Shown: piece by piece, positions 17,974 to 27,261 of the stretch | How positions within the stretch are numbered: position 1 is the stretch's first letter | Layout of the letters: each line of letters opens with the position of its first letter | IMG/VR virus record: IMGVR_UViG_3300033076_000718 | Span: 1 to 44,184 of that record | Reading direction: 5' to 3' (one strand) | DNA from: a virus | Lineage: Duplodnaviria > Caudoviricetes | DNA length: 44,184 bases | The notes under the pieces: model-generated | Databases searched by the model: none | What the model was told of the DNA's origin: nothing | What the model saw: the letters and a program-made list of their open reading frames with translations, nothing else | Program-made: the position numbers and the translations under genes

Positions 17974-20899
17974 TCTTAAATAGTTTTTTGTTATGAGATA
18001 TGAAAGATAGCGTATCGCTTATATTATTTAATTCTTTCATTCTATTTTCATATTGGTTAAATTGTTCGTTTAATCCTATTATACATCCGGCAAATCCCAT
18101 AACAGCATCGAAGTTTCCTTCTAAGTTAAACTGTAACATTTGCTGTAATAATATTCTACTCGGTATTCGTGAAAAGTTATATTTGCCATCATCATGTGAT
18201 TCTAATAGCCAGTTTCTTACGTAGCCTAATGCCCTAAGTTTTACTTCTCGGTTACCTATTGTGTAACCATAAGTAAGATTTCCCTGTCCTCTATTTGCTA
18301 CACTAGTCAATACCGTACTTGGCTTACTAGCTAGCAGTTCTAATTTCCTATGTTTCTCGAAATAGTCCTTAACGTTACCCACGTTATTTTCAAAGTATAT
18401 TCTGGCGTTTCCGTAAAATAAACTTAATTTCAATAGGTAGTCGTTTACTACATCACTTCCATAGAATGGCCGCCCTATATACTCTGCGACTACTTCATTA
18501 TATCCTATAGTATCAAAATACTTATTAGTCTTAATAACGAATATAGATGCAAATGAAGCTCCTCCATCTGTATTATCTTTAAAAGGGTCATGCCCTATAA
18601 TATAAGCATCATTAGGTACTCTACCCTCTATTAACTGTGGCAGCTCATATATTACTATACACCCTTCTTTAGCTTCGTTTTGCCAAGGAGATTCATTAAT
18701 AGCTATTAGACTATTATCTGTATCTATCTTATATGTAACACCGTTGTATATACTCTGCTTATCAAAATATAGTTCCACACGTTTTTCTAATAACTCCGTA
18801 TAGTTTTCTACTTCCCCTAGTCTAGCCTTAATTTCCGTACTCGGGAATATATTACCTGTCTGTACCAAGAATATCTCACTAGGTACTATAGGGTTGTTCT
18901 GAACCTCGTTAGCATAAGATATACTGTTAGTCTTAGTAGATCTATCGTACATTACCTTAGCCGTAGCTTTCTCCATATCTATATACCCATTTTCGTCTCT
19001 AAGACTATTATGTGTATACTGTGTAGGAACAAAGTAGCCTACTTTACCCTTATGCTCGTAAGTATCGTCAAATGATACTATATCATAATTACTAGGATTA
19101 TAAAACATATCGTAGGCAGCGAGTGTGCCTCCAGAGCTCATTGCTCCACCCGTACCAATATATATCATAGTACCGAACTTAATACCTCCTAATATCATAG
19201 TATCCTTAGTTGCTGCGTGAACCTCTAAAGCTTCTGGTGCCATACCTATCTCCTCATATACCATGATATTATTACGACCTCCTTGTGCAGCATATGGATT
19301 AGCATTCCAAGATACGTGCCGTATAGACGATCTACTACCTACGGTAGCTTTAGACCCTTTAATCTTCTTTCTATATTCTGCTATGATCCTATCGGCAGAT
19401 TTCCAGGTACCCCTATACTTTTTAGTAAATGGCGCTGGATACGTTATATTACCTACCTTATAACCGCCCCGCATATTTTCCAGAGCAATGCGAACCTTCT
19501 CTAAGTGATCATTACTAAACGTAGTCTGACTTGCTCCTACTACGATAGATGTACGTCTCTTATTATTAGTTAAGTCCGTCATGTCCGTAACACCGTCAAA
19601 TAGCCATTCATGTAATACAACATGGCTCATTAGATAAGAATTATGTGTTACTATAAAGCCCGTGGTAAGAAATAACTTCTCAGGATTATCTACTTCTATA
19701 CACACTGAAGGGGAAGTAGGAATAGGCTCTATACTCTTTATAGCTAAGTTAGTGTGAGTAAACTTATTAGTGTCTATTAAACCTAGCTTATAAGCTACGG
19801 CTTTCATACTAAAATATACGTTACGATCCTTAACTCTATACTTAACTCCTATCTGTTTTAATATAGTTGTATAGGTATCTATTAAGCTTATAACATTTTT
19901 ATCTTTAGTATATCTAATTCTACAGTTGCCTCCTTTGTCTACAAAATATGGTATAGAATTAAATACTGTACTGGTCCAGGCTTTAAATATAGAAAGACAG
20001 TCTTCCTGTGTGTTATTAACTAAGGGTATCCTATAATTAAAGGTTCCTGGATACATAGTAATATCCTTATATATCTCTTCTGTACTTAACGTTTGTTTCT
20101 TATTACCTCTACCGTATACAGTCCATTGATGCCCTGCCCCACATTTTATAGTCCTTCCATCCTTAAAAGTAACTCGAAACATATCTTGATCTGTGAAATT
20201 AATTTTATCTATGACTTTAGCAAACCTAAAGTTATTATCTAATATATAATCTCCTATCTCTATATCTTTAATAGCTACTTCTTCGTAATCAAAACATTCC
20301 GCGTCTGTTCTTCTATATACGATTTCAGTTTCTTCTAGGTCTTTTCCTAGACCCCTGCCAGCCATAAACAATAAGTTCTTAGCTGGATTATTATATAAGG
20401 GTTTACCCTTATCAAATTCATGTATACGCCTTAAATTCTCTCTAGCCGGTATATACTCTTTACATTCATAGTTTCCGTCTTCGTCTACTATTTTATTTCC
20501 TAAATCATCTTTCTTAAATACTTCATCCGGTTTATCGAACAAATCTACTACCATAGATATATGGGACGTAAAAAGGGGATCTTCGGAAAAACCCGAAAAC
20601 CCCCTAGCCTCCATTAATGTATAATGGAAATCCCATTCTACGTCTCGAAGAAATGGAAATCCCAATATCTCTGATTTAGCGTAGTCTGATAATTTAATTT
20701 TTATACTTCCGTGATTAACGTAGAAGTATAGTTTTGGTGGCATAAACCGCCCTTGCGACCATAGGCCTTCTGTACATCTAAGTCTTTCTCGACTCCAGTA
20801 TGATTTATAATCTGGATGAAAGGGATGTATTGTTTCTGCTGGAAATAAAAAGTTGGCATTAGGAACTATGTTACTTTTATATTCATCTAATAGTAACAT
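17930..20899 (-). CDS. terL: Terminase large subunit, intein-containing
   Basis: Walker A GRGLGK/S split by the intein, Walker B IMVYEEIG, motif GTGG, nuclease IIGHDP...ENN...NFDAVM. Confidence 0.92.
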   Translation of the reverse strand: MLLLDEYKSNIVPNANFLFPAETIHPFHPDYKSYWSRERLRCTEGLWSQGRFMPPKLYFYVNHGSIKIKLSDYAKSEILGFPFLRDVEWDFHYTLMEARGFSGFSEDPLFTSHISMVVDLFDKPDEVFKKDDLGNKIVDEDGNYECKEYIPARENLRRIHEFDKGKPLYNNPAKNLLFMAGRGLGKDLEETEIVYRRTDAECFDYEEVAIKDIEIGDYILDNNFRFAKVIDKINFTDQDMFRVTFKDGRTIKCGAGHQWTVYGRGNKKQTLSTEEIYKDITMYPGTFNYRIPLVNNTQEDCLSIFKAWTSTVFNSIPYFVDKGGNCRIRYTKDKNVISLIDTYTTILKQIGVKYRVKDRNVYFSMKAVAYKLGLIDTNKFTHTNLAIKSIEPIPTSPSVCIEVDNPEKLFLTTGFIVTHNSYLMSHVVLHEWLFDGVTDMTDLTNNKRRTSIVVGASQTTFSNDHLEKVRIALENMRGGYKVGNITYPAPFTKKYRGTWKSADRIIAEYRKKIKGSKATVGSRSSIRHVSWNANPYAAQGGRNNIMVYEEIGMAPEALEVHAATKDTMILGGIKFGTMIYIGTGGAMSSGGTLAAYDMFYNPSNYDIVSFDDTYEHKGKVGYFVPTQYTHNSLRDENGYIDMEKATAKVMYDRSTKTNSISYANEVQNNPIVPSEIFLVQTGNIFPSTEIKARLGEVENYTELLEKRVELYFDKQSIYNGVTYKIDTDNSLIAINESPWQNEAKEGCIVIYELPQLIEGRVPNDAYIIGHDPFKDNTDGGASFASIFVIKTNKYFDTIGYNEVVAEYIGRPFYGSDVVNDYLLKLSLFYGNARIYFENNVGNVKDYFEKHRKLELLASKPSTVLTSVANRGQGNLTYGYTIGNREVKLRALGYVRNWLLESHDDGKYNFSRIPSRILLQQMLQFNLEGNFDAVMGFAGCIIGLNEQFNQYENRMKELNNISDTLSFISHNKKLFKNAEFNKLSTSEVIL
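19640..20341 (-). mobile_element. Intein (234 aa), class-3 type, with a degenerate endonuclease region
   Basis: Inserted between K and S of the P-loop. Block B TIKCGAGHQW, block F SVCIEV, C-terminal VTHN followed by Ser+1. Confidence 0.88.
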
Positions 20900-20911
20900 T
20901 ATATTTATTTA

Positions 20912-22483
20912 TTAATATGCCTGACCATCTAATATTTCCGTATGATCGAATTCTTGTTTAGCCTTATCTTCTAATATAGCTACCTTAGTCATAATAATTT
21001 GTGTAGCCACTGCTATACTATTCCTAATAGCTTCTTCTAATACCTTAGTAGGGTCTATGACCCCTGCAGATATTAGGTTTTCTATTTGTTCCGTATTAAC
21101 GTTATAGCTATTTTCGTATACTTGAAAGTCTTTACTAGTTATAATAGGCTCTGGAGCAACGTTAGCATTTTCTAATATCTTATAGAAAGGAGCCTTTAAT
21201 GCTGCTCTAAGTATACTAGAGCTTGTCTCGTTAGATAATACATATAATATTTTACCTGCACCAGGTACTATACCCTTCTCCATAGCAGATCTAACTGCGC
21301 GGATACTATCGTCCAAGCGATCCTTAATTTCGTTACATTCAACCTCATTAGTACTTCCTACCTTAATGATAACCAAGCCATTTGTTAGCTTAGCTAGTCT
21401 TTCAGAATATCTTTCACGCTCATAACTATTAGCTGCGTTATCCAACATAGCTTTAAGATTCTTTGCATGTTCTTCAATAACTTTCTCCAGTGGAGCTCTG
21501 TCTGTGAAGATAGTAGTACTCTCTTTGTCCACTAATACTTTAAGCGCTGCGCCTAAGTGAGTAGCTTTAACGTCTTGCGGTATAAGTGCTACATCAGTGT
21601 CAATTAGAGTACCACCCGTAAGAAGCGCTATATCTTGCAGAGCCTCTTTCCTTCTAATACCGAAGTTCGGGCTCTGAACGGCACAAACGTTTACGATTCC
21701 TCTAGCATGGTTAGTCAAAACTGTACCCAATGCTTGTCCTTCTAGTTCTTCACATATGATAAGAAGTGGACGCTTAGCTTTCATAGCTATCTCCAATACT
21801 GGAGTAACTTCATTAGCATATCTTAGTTTCTTATCATATATAAATATTAATGGATTAACTAATGTAGTAGAAGAAGTAGCTCTATCTTGTACAAAATATG
21901 GTGAGAAGTAGCTTCTCTTGAAAGTATATCCATCACTACTTTCTACGGTAGTCTCCAATGTTTTACCATCTTCAACTATAATCCTTCCATGTTCCCCCGC
22001 TTTTTCATACGCATCCGCGACCACCTTTCCGATAAAAGCATCGTTGTTAGATGATATAGTAGCCACGTTAAGAATATCGTCTTTACTATTAACTGGAGAA
22101 CTATGGTCTTGCAGGCTTTTAAGAAGCTTAACACATTCACTATCTAATTCTCTTTTTATATCTATAGGCGCTCTATTATCTTTGAACGCTTCCTTAATAA
22201 TATTATATGCGAGAATTGTAACCGTAGTAGTACCGTCTCCCACATCGTCTGCTACCTTAGCAGCTGCCTGACGCACTACCTGTGCAGCCATATTTTCTAA
22301 CTGATCTTCTAATGCTATTCTCCATGATACTGTAACACCGTCCTTAGTAATCTTAGGAAGCATCGTTGTTTCATATAATACATTATATCCTTTAGGTCCT
22401 AGTGTACAAGACACAGCTTCATATAGCTTACGTACACCTTCTAACATCTTTTCTCGAGGTGAAAAGTTTATCTCTCTTACCAT
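20912..22483 (-). CDS. groEL: Chaperonin GroEL
   Basis: TLGPKG.NV, ITKDGVTV, VGDGTTT, FG.RRK..LQDIA.LTGG, GIVPGAG, GVIDPTKV. No GGM tail. Confidence 0.95.
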   Translation of the reverse strand: MVREINFSPREKMLEGVRKLYEAVSCTLGPKGYNVLYETTMLPKITKDGVTVSWRIALEDQLENMAAQVVRQAAAKVADDVGDGTTTVTILAYNIIKEAFKDNRAPIDIKRELDSECVKLLKSLQDHSSPVNSKDDILNVATISSNNDAFIGKVVADAYEKAGEHGRIIVEDGKTLETTVESSDGYTFKRSYFSPYFVQDRATSSTTLVNPLIFIYDKKLRYANEVTPVLEIAMKAKRPLLIICEELEGQALGTVLTNHARGIVNVCAVQSPNFGIRRKEALQDIALLTGGTLIDTDVALIPQDVKATHLGAALKVLVDKESTTIFTDRAPLEKVIEEHAKNLKAMLDNAANSYERERYSERLAKLTNGLVIIKVGSTNEVECNEIKDRLDDSIRAVRSAMEKGIVPGAGKILYVLSNETSSSILRAALKAPFYKILENANVAPEPIITSKDFQVYENSYNVNTEQIENLISAGVIDPTKVLEEAIRNSIAVATQIIMTKVAILEDKAKQEFDHTEILDGQAY

Positions 22484-22509
22484 TTTAATTTTTATTTAAG
22501 TTTAATTTA

Positions 22510-22905
22510 TTATATTACTTTAATGTAACTTTTAGGTAACACTATATAATATCCTATAGGATCGTTAGTGTGTATTACCACGTGAGTTCCTTTACGTGTA
22601 GGAGACTCCTCTTTATATATTAGTTCGTACCTACAATGACTGTCTATAGAAGCATCATAGTACGGTGGACTATTTTCCGCCTGGAAAACCATCTGATCGT
22701 ACTTACCTTCCCACTGAACTTCGCCCATCATAGAAGGGTCTATACTATAGAATTGTAATATTTCACGGATCTTATAAAATCCGTCTTCTATACAAACAAT
22801 TTTATCTATATAACTATTAGCATTTAATGTATAGCTTATGTCTTCTTCGTCTAAAATCTTATCTATTTTAGGATTGTACTGTAGGTGATTCTTGTTCCTT
22901 CCCAT
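22510..22905 (-). CDS. Hypothetical protein
   Basis: 131-aa ORF in the operon. Confidence 0.6.
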   Translation of the reverse strand: MGRNKNHLQYNPKIDKILDEEDISYTLNANSYIDKIVCIEDGFYKIREILQFYSIDPSMMGEVQWEGKYDQMVFQAENSPPYYDASIDSHCRYELIYKEESPTRKGTHVVIHTNDPIGYYIVLPKSYIKVI

Positions 22906-23467
22906 CTGTTTCTGGTTTATCTTCTACTTCTTTTTTAGGTTGATTGAGTAAAATGAATGTGTCTACATAATCGTACCTTAATCCAGTATTTTCTGCAAAG
23001 TCTTGATCATCTTTAGTATCACCTACCATTTTACTGCCATACCAGTTTATCTTAGTATTCTTTCTACCTAATAGATACATCTCTACTGCGGTAGCCATTC
23101 CTGTATCTGGTTTTCTAAGAGTAGAACTATTATTATAAGGTTCTACTGTTCCTTGCGGATGAAATGGAGAATAGAACATCATATCTCTATCTATAAGGCC
23201 TTCGCATAATCTATGTAAAGTATCAAACTGATTTTCTATATCTTCTATCTCGTAATGTCCATGAGCTACACCTCCTTGATTAGATACCACAGCTATAATA
23301 TAACCTTCTTTCTCCTTAGCTACTTTTAAAGCATCTAATATACCTTCTTTAAGCTCGAAGTCCTGCGCATTTTCTGGAAACGTTTTTCCAGATTTAGTAT
23401 TAACTAATGTCCCGTCTCTATCTATAAATAAGACGGGAGCTGTTTTATATTCTATTGTACTAGCCAT
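22868..23467 (-). CDS. HAD-IIIA phosphatase (GmhB/HisB or polynucleotide 3'-phosphatase-like)
   Basis: DRDGT, VSNQGGV, RKPDTGM and MVGDTKDD motifs. Confidence 0.88.
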   Translation of the reverse strand: MASTIEYKTAPVLFIDRDGTLVNTKSGKTFPENAQDFELKEGILDALKVAKEKEGYIIAVVSNQGGVAHGHYEIEDIENQFDTLHRLCEGLIDRDMMFYSPFHPQGTVEPYNNSSTLRKPDTGMATAVEMYLLGRKNTKINWYGSKMVGDTKDDQDFAENTGLRYDYVDTFILLNQPKKEVEDKPETDGKEQESPTVQS

Positions 23468-23714
23468 TTGTTTCTAATGTTTCTTCATTGTAATAAGTCC
23501 AGTCTTCACTTAGCATATCTGTTTGAGAAGCTAGCCAAGGAACTAACTGTCCTGTAACTGTTGACATATAAATATAAGGTAAACCCATTTTACTATGGGC
23601 GTCAGGTACTTGTAGACCTAGCCACATACCTTTACCGTTCCAACCTGTTCTAGCCACTTTGTGACCTTCTTTGAGTGCTTTAATAGCACCTCCAAAATCT
23701 GTTATCATTTCCAT
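23460..23714 (-). CDS. tad2: Tad2/DUF2829-family anti-defence sponge protein
   Basis: FG.A.KALKEG.KVAR.GWNGKGM.L ... PWLASQTDMLSEDW, the DUF2829/Tad2 signature. Confidence 0.8.
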   Translation of the reverse strand: MEMITDFGGAIKALKEGHKVARTGWNGKGMWLGLQVPDAHSKMGLPYIYMSTVTGQLVPWLASQTDMLSEDWTYYNEETLETNG

Positions 23715-23821
23715 ATTTTATAGTGTTAAATTTGTACTACATCCTGTTGTTGTATAATAAGTTGGCTGATAATACCCCGAAGTAGTGAGTGTTGTTCCAC
23801 TAAGCCAATCTCGAGGCTCCC

Positions 23822-24022
23822 CTAAAAATTTCTTACTAGGATCTCTATATCATCTATATCTTTCTCTGTAATGCACTTACATTCATAAGCTAAGAAGAGT
23901 GTTTTACTTTTAGCCTGTTCGACATCCTTAGCTAATATAAAAGCAGGATCAAAAACTATTTCTGTTTCTTCTCCATGTTTCAGTATAGCTGTTTCGTATA
24001 ATCTTAATTTAGTCTTTTCCAT
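23822..24022 (-). CDS. Small hypothetical protein with a candidate -1 frameshift extension to 23718
   Basis: 66 aa, ending A AAT TTT TAG. Confidence 0.65.
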   Translation of the reverse strand: MEKTKLRLYETAILKHGEETEIVFDPAFILAKDVEQAKSKTLFLAYECKCITEKDIDDIEILVRNF

Positions 24023-24362
24023 TCTTCTCTAATTGTTTTATGTGTCTCCAAGCATTCTCACGTTCTTCTTCTAATGCATTTATTTCTACCCAATAAGGGC
24101 CTTCTACTTCAGCGTTAACTACATCTCTATATGCTCTAATATATGTCTGCAATTTTTCCATTGTATCATAATCAGGTCTATTTATAAAGTTCTTTAACGC
24201 TTTTTGAATGCCCTCTATCATACCTGCATCCATAGCAGGATTTTCTGCTTTCCAATTAGTGGTATATTTAGTTCTTATTTGATTCTTCTCGTCTTGAGTT
24301 ACTATGGGTTTACACGCATTATAAGGTAGCGGTGATGCCATCATTTTTATTTCTCCGTCCAT
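24009..24362 (-). CDS. Hypothetical protein
   Basis: 117-aa ORF coupled to neighbours. Confidence 0.6.
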   Translation of the reverse strand: MDGEIKMMASPLPYNACKPIVTQDEKNQIRTKYTTNWKAENPAMDAGMIEGIQKALKNFINRPDYDTMEKLQTYIRAYRDVVNAEVEGPYWVEINALEEERENAWRHIKQLEKNGKD

Positions 24363-24363
24363 T

Positions 24364-24624
24364 TTATTTAAGTTTATTTAATTTATCTTCTATCTTCTGA
24401 TAGAATTCTTTCATTTTCTTAGCTTCTTCCAAAGTTACAAACTTTGATTGCACCCTACAATCATTATCTATATATGATATTCGGCCTGAAGGATTAGGTA
24501 CTTCCATTATATTTTTAACAAACTCTAAAGTAGCGTCATTACTATCATTATCATCTATCCATACATCTAATGATCCTAAGAATTCTATAGCGGGCTCTAG
24601 TTTAAATTTTGGGCTCTTTTCCAT
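24364..24624 (-). CDS. Hypothetical protein
   Basis: 86-aa ORF coupled to neighbours. Confidence 0.6.
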   Translation of the reverse strand: MEKSPKFKLEPAIEFLGSLDVWIDDNDSNDATLEFVKNIMEVPNPSGRISYIDNDCRVQSKFVTLEEAKKMKEFYQKIEDKLNKLK

Positions 24625-24737
24625 TTTTTCTCTAAGAATTTTTTAAATAGGTTTACATCTTCTTCAGTATATTCATCTACATTCTTACCGTCATTCCATT
24701 CCATAATATCTAGTACATCTCGTATTGATAGTTTACC

Positions 24738-24872
24738 TTATTGAAGACCTTGATTTAGATTAAAATCATTTCTTAATAATTCCTCTTTTTCTAATTCAAA
24801 TTCACTCCTAGAACTAAGTGTAATTCCAAAGTCTATTACTCCTACTTGGTACGCATTAAATTTTGTCTTCAT
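24738..24872 (-). CDS. Small hypothetical protein (44 aa); the same frame reopens to 24597 after one TAA
   Basis: MKTKFNAYQVGVIDF...; fills a gap in a packed operon. Read by hand. Confidence 0.4.
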   Translation of the reverse strand: MKTKFNAYQVGVIDFGITLSSRSEFELEKEELLRNDFNLNQGLQ

Positions 24873-24996
24873 TGTTTAAGTCTAAGTTTAACTTGATCTT
24901 TATATAATTCATCTGAGCTTCTCTTATATATTTATCTATATAATCAGATAAATAATGTTCTTTAAGCCTCTTCTCTATTTGCTTCTTTATTCTCAT
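24856..24996 (-). CDS. Small hypothetical protein (46 aa)
   Basis: MRIKKQIEKRLKEHY...; overlaps both neighbours. Read by hand. Confidence 0.35.
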   Translation of the reverse strand: MRIKKQIEKRLKEHYLSDYIDKYIREAQMNYIKIKLNLDLNNEDKI

Positions 24997-25177
24997 TTAT
25001 AAAGTATTTATCGATGAAATAATTAGTGTCTTTACAACGTTCCAGTTCTTCCTGCATAAGTTTATGAAATAGTTCTTTACCCATTCTACCAGTTGCTATT
25101 TGAGGTTCAGGGGGTTCCCAGTTTCTTATAAATTCTTCCCATTCTTCTTTAGTAAGAGTTTTCATATTAAAAGTCAA
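24962..25177 (-). CDS. Hypothetical protein
   Basis: 71-aa ORF in the operon. Confidence 0.55.
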   Translation of the reverse strand: MTFNMKTLTKEEWEEFIRNWEPPEPQIATGRMGKELFHKLMQEELERCKDTNYFIDKYFINENKEANREEA

Positions 25178-25583
25178 ATGAGGTCATACCTCTTTCAAAT
25201 ACATAATCTTTAGGATCTAACAAGTTTTCAGGTTTAGGTACATCACTATAAGCATCATAACCTTCACTATAGGTCTTATACATATTTCCTTTACCGTCAG
25301 ATATAGCCATTGTTGTATGTGTATTTCCATTTAGCTTAATGTATACTGGGCGTATCCTATCATCCATTGGATTAATACTTCGTTCAGCTTCTATCATCTT
25401 TGTATATTCTTGATAGGCTGCTCTTTTCTCTTTTTGTTCTACAGTTAAAACATAAGCATCAATAGTTTCTTCCTTATCGATAACATTAAATTCAACATTA
25501 TCTGGATAATGTTCTTTAGCTACCTTTACTTTAATTACTGTACCTCCTATCCCTGGTCCAGACTTTATTAATTTTTTCTCCAT
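25167..25583 (-). CDS. Hypothetical protein
   Basis: 138-aa ORF in the operon. Confidence 0.6.
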   Translation of the reverse strand: MEKKLIKSGPGIGGTVIKVKVAKEHYPDNVEFNVIDKEETIDAYVLTVEQKEKRAAYQEYTKMIEAERSINPMDDRIRPVYIKLNGNTHTTMAISDGKGNMYKTYSEGYDAYSDVPKPENLLDPKDYVFERGMTSFDF

Positions 25584-25773
25584 CTATAAAATATTTATCT
25601 GATGAGCGTTTAGCCCAGTTATATGATTTAGGTTCAGATACATTATATATGAAACCGTCTCCATCAGGTACAGGGTCCCTAAGTATATAACCTTTTTTAA
25701 TTAGATAGTCAGCTAATGTTTGATAATTTGTTTTCTTTTGTACTACAAATTGTCTGCGTGTGCGTCTATCCAT
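25531..25773 (-). CDS. Hypothetical protein
   Basis: 80-aa ORF in the operon. Confidence 0.55.
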   Translation of the reverse strand: MDRRTRRQFVVQKKTNYQTLADYLIKKGYILRDPVPDGDGFIYNVSEPKSYNWAKRSSDKYFIDGEKINKVWTRDRRYSN

Positions 25774-26276
25774 GATCTAGAGCTTGTGGCATCAGATTGA
25801 TTCTGATATTTACCGTTATATGTTGTAGGCTTTCTGAACTGTTTGGGCATAGCCTGATAATATATCTGACATATCTTCATGTTAGGATATATACGTATAG
25901 GTTTAGTTACCTTAATTTCTAATGTCCAGGTGCCTTTAAATCCATTATCTCCGAAGCCTGCGTTAAAGTGTGTACTTATTCCGAGTCTTGCAAGACTGCT
26001 TTTATCAGCTAGATGTGGTACATGATTATACGTTTCAGTATATTCGTTTGTCCTGGCTATGTACAGTTCGTTAGGTTGTAGTACGTACCCTTCTTCGGGT
26101 ATCTTTATATTTTGTATAGGATTATCTAGCTTAGCATCTAGTGTATCTTCGGTATATACAAATAGTGTATCGTGTAAAGTAAGATCATAAGAGTTAGGAT
26201 TAAGGTTCTTTAAGTTGAACGGCTTAATTATAATTTGACTCTTCTTACTTAGAATGTCTTTATCCGTTAATATCAT
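25743..26276 (-). CDS. dcd: dCTP deaminase (trimeric dUTPase superfamily)
   Basis: MILTDKDI, NPNSYDLTL, KSSLARLG, AGFGD.GFKG.WTLEI, Y.GKYQNQ. Confidence 0.9.
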   Translation of the reverse strand: MILTDKDILSKKSQIIIKPFNLKNLNPNSYDLTLHDTLFVYTEDTLDAKLDNPIQNIKIPEEGYVLQPNELYIARTNEYTETYNHVPHLADKSSLARLGISTHFNAGFGDNGFKGTWTLEIKVTKPIRIYPNMKICQIYYQAMPKQFRKPTTYNGKYQNQSDATSSRSWIDAHADNL

Positions 26277-26414
26277 TGAGTATTTTATTTTTTAATGCTA
26301 ATGTAAGGTCCATATTATATTTATAATCTTGATTAGTCATTTTATCCTGTTTCTTAGCATTATCCAAGAAATCAATTATATCTTCTATTGCTGTATCTAA
26401 TATTCTATGTTTCA

Positions 26415-26942
26415 TTAGTCATGTTGTTCTAAGAAGCTTTCTACTTCGCCTCCAAATAATAGTTCTTCTTCTTGATTAAGTTCCTTAATAGCTTTTTGAA
26501 GAGTAGCATTAAGTTTATCACTATTAGCCATGATCCTATCTAACTGATCAGCCGTAGATAAAGTGTAAGGAGTGCTGCTTATAAACTCATCACGCTCTTC
26601 TAACTTCTTCTGCCAGTTAGATAGGAATCTCTGGGCCTTAGTTAAGAGAGCATTGTTTATAGTTTCCGTATATTGTTTTATAATAGGGTCATCTAAATCA
26701 AATTTAAAATCTTTAGGTTTATCCGAGTCTCTATCTATAAACTCTTTAACTAATACTTCTTTATCTTTTAACGGAACTTCGTATAAATTAGATTTCGGAT
26801 GATGTATCAATAATAAGTAATACATTGTTAGCTCCTGGAGCTCTTTCTCCTTCTTGTTCTTGTTGAAGTGTATGTCCGGGAATAGTGGTTGTATCCCCAG
26901 GTTGTCCGTTACCGGATTCTTCGTTAACGTTATGAAGTGCAT
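26415..26942 (-). CDS. Hypothetical helical protein (possible small terminase-like)
   Basis: 175 aa; C-terminal coiled coil ending FGGEVES. The function is a guess. Confidence 0.5.
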   Translation of the reverse strand: MHFITLTKNPVTDNLGIQPLFPDIHFNKNKKEKELQELTMYYLLLIHHPKSNLYEVPLKDKEVLVKEFIDRDSDKPKDFKFDLDDPIIKQYTETINNALLTKAQRFLSNWQKKLEERDEFISSTPYTLSTADQLDRIMANSDKLNATLQKAIKELNQEEELLFGGEVESFLEQHD

Positions 26943-27261
26943 CTCTTAATTTATTATGCTTATATTCTATCCATTCTGCTTCTGACTTAAGCGTCTGTAA
27001 ATCTGTCCAGTTAGCACAATGCTTAGTATCTGCCCAGAATAATGACGGAGCCGAGCATCCACATGAATCACATCTAGTATAGGTATAAGATATATTACCG
27101 TTAGTGTCTTTATGTTCTTGTATACAGCCTGCCTTATTTTGGAGACATCTCTGAGCTCTCTCTTCTGCCTGTTCCATAATATGTTGCTTTCTCTGAAACA
27201 TATTAGATACTGCGGATAGTACTGCCTTAGCATTTGTTACATTTACGTCGCTTAATTGCAT
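26788..27261 (-). CDS. Cys-rich putative Zn-binding protein
   Basis: C..C, RCDSCGC...KHC..W pattern; 155-nt overlap with the downstream gene. Confidence 0.55.
   Translation of the reverse strand: MQLSDVNVTNAKAVLSAVSNMFQRKQHIMEQAEERAQRCLQNKAGCIQEHKDTNGNISYTYTRCDSCGCSAPSLFWADTKHCANWTDLQTLKSEAEWIEYKHNKLRDALHNVNEESGNGQPGDTTTIPGHTLQQEQEGERAPGANNVLLIIDTSSEI

Noticed and set aside
26788-26942. 155-nt gene overlap (also 98 nt at 27890-27987) as dual coding
   Set aside because: The tails look like passive read-through into the next gene, with no sign of function in the second frame.
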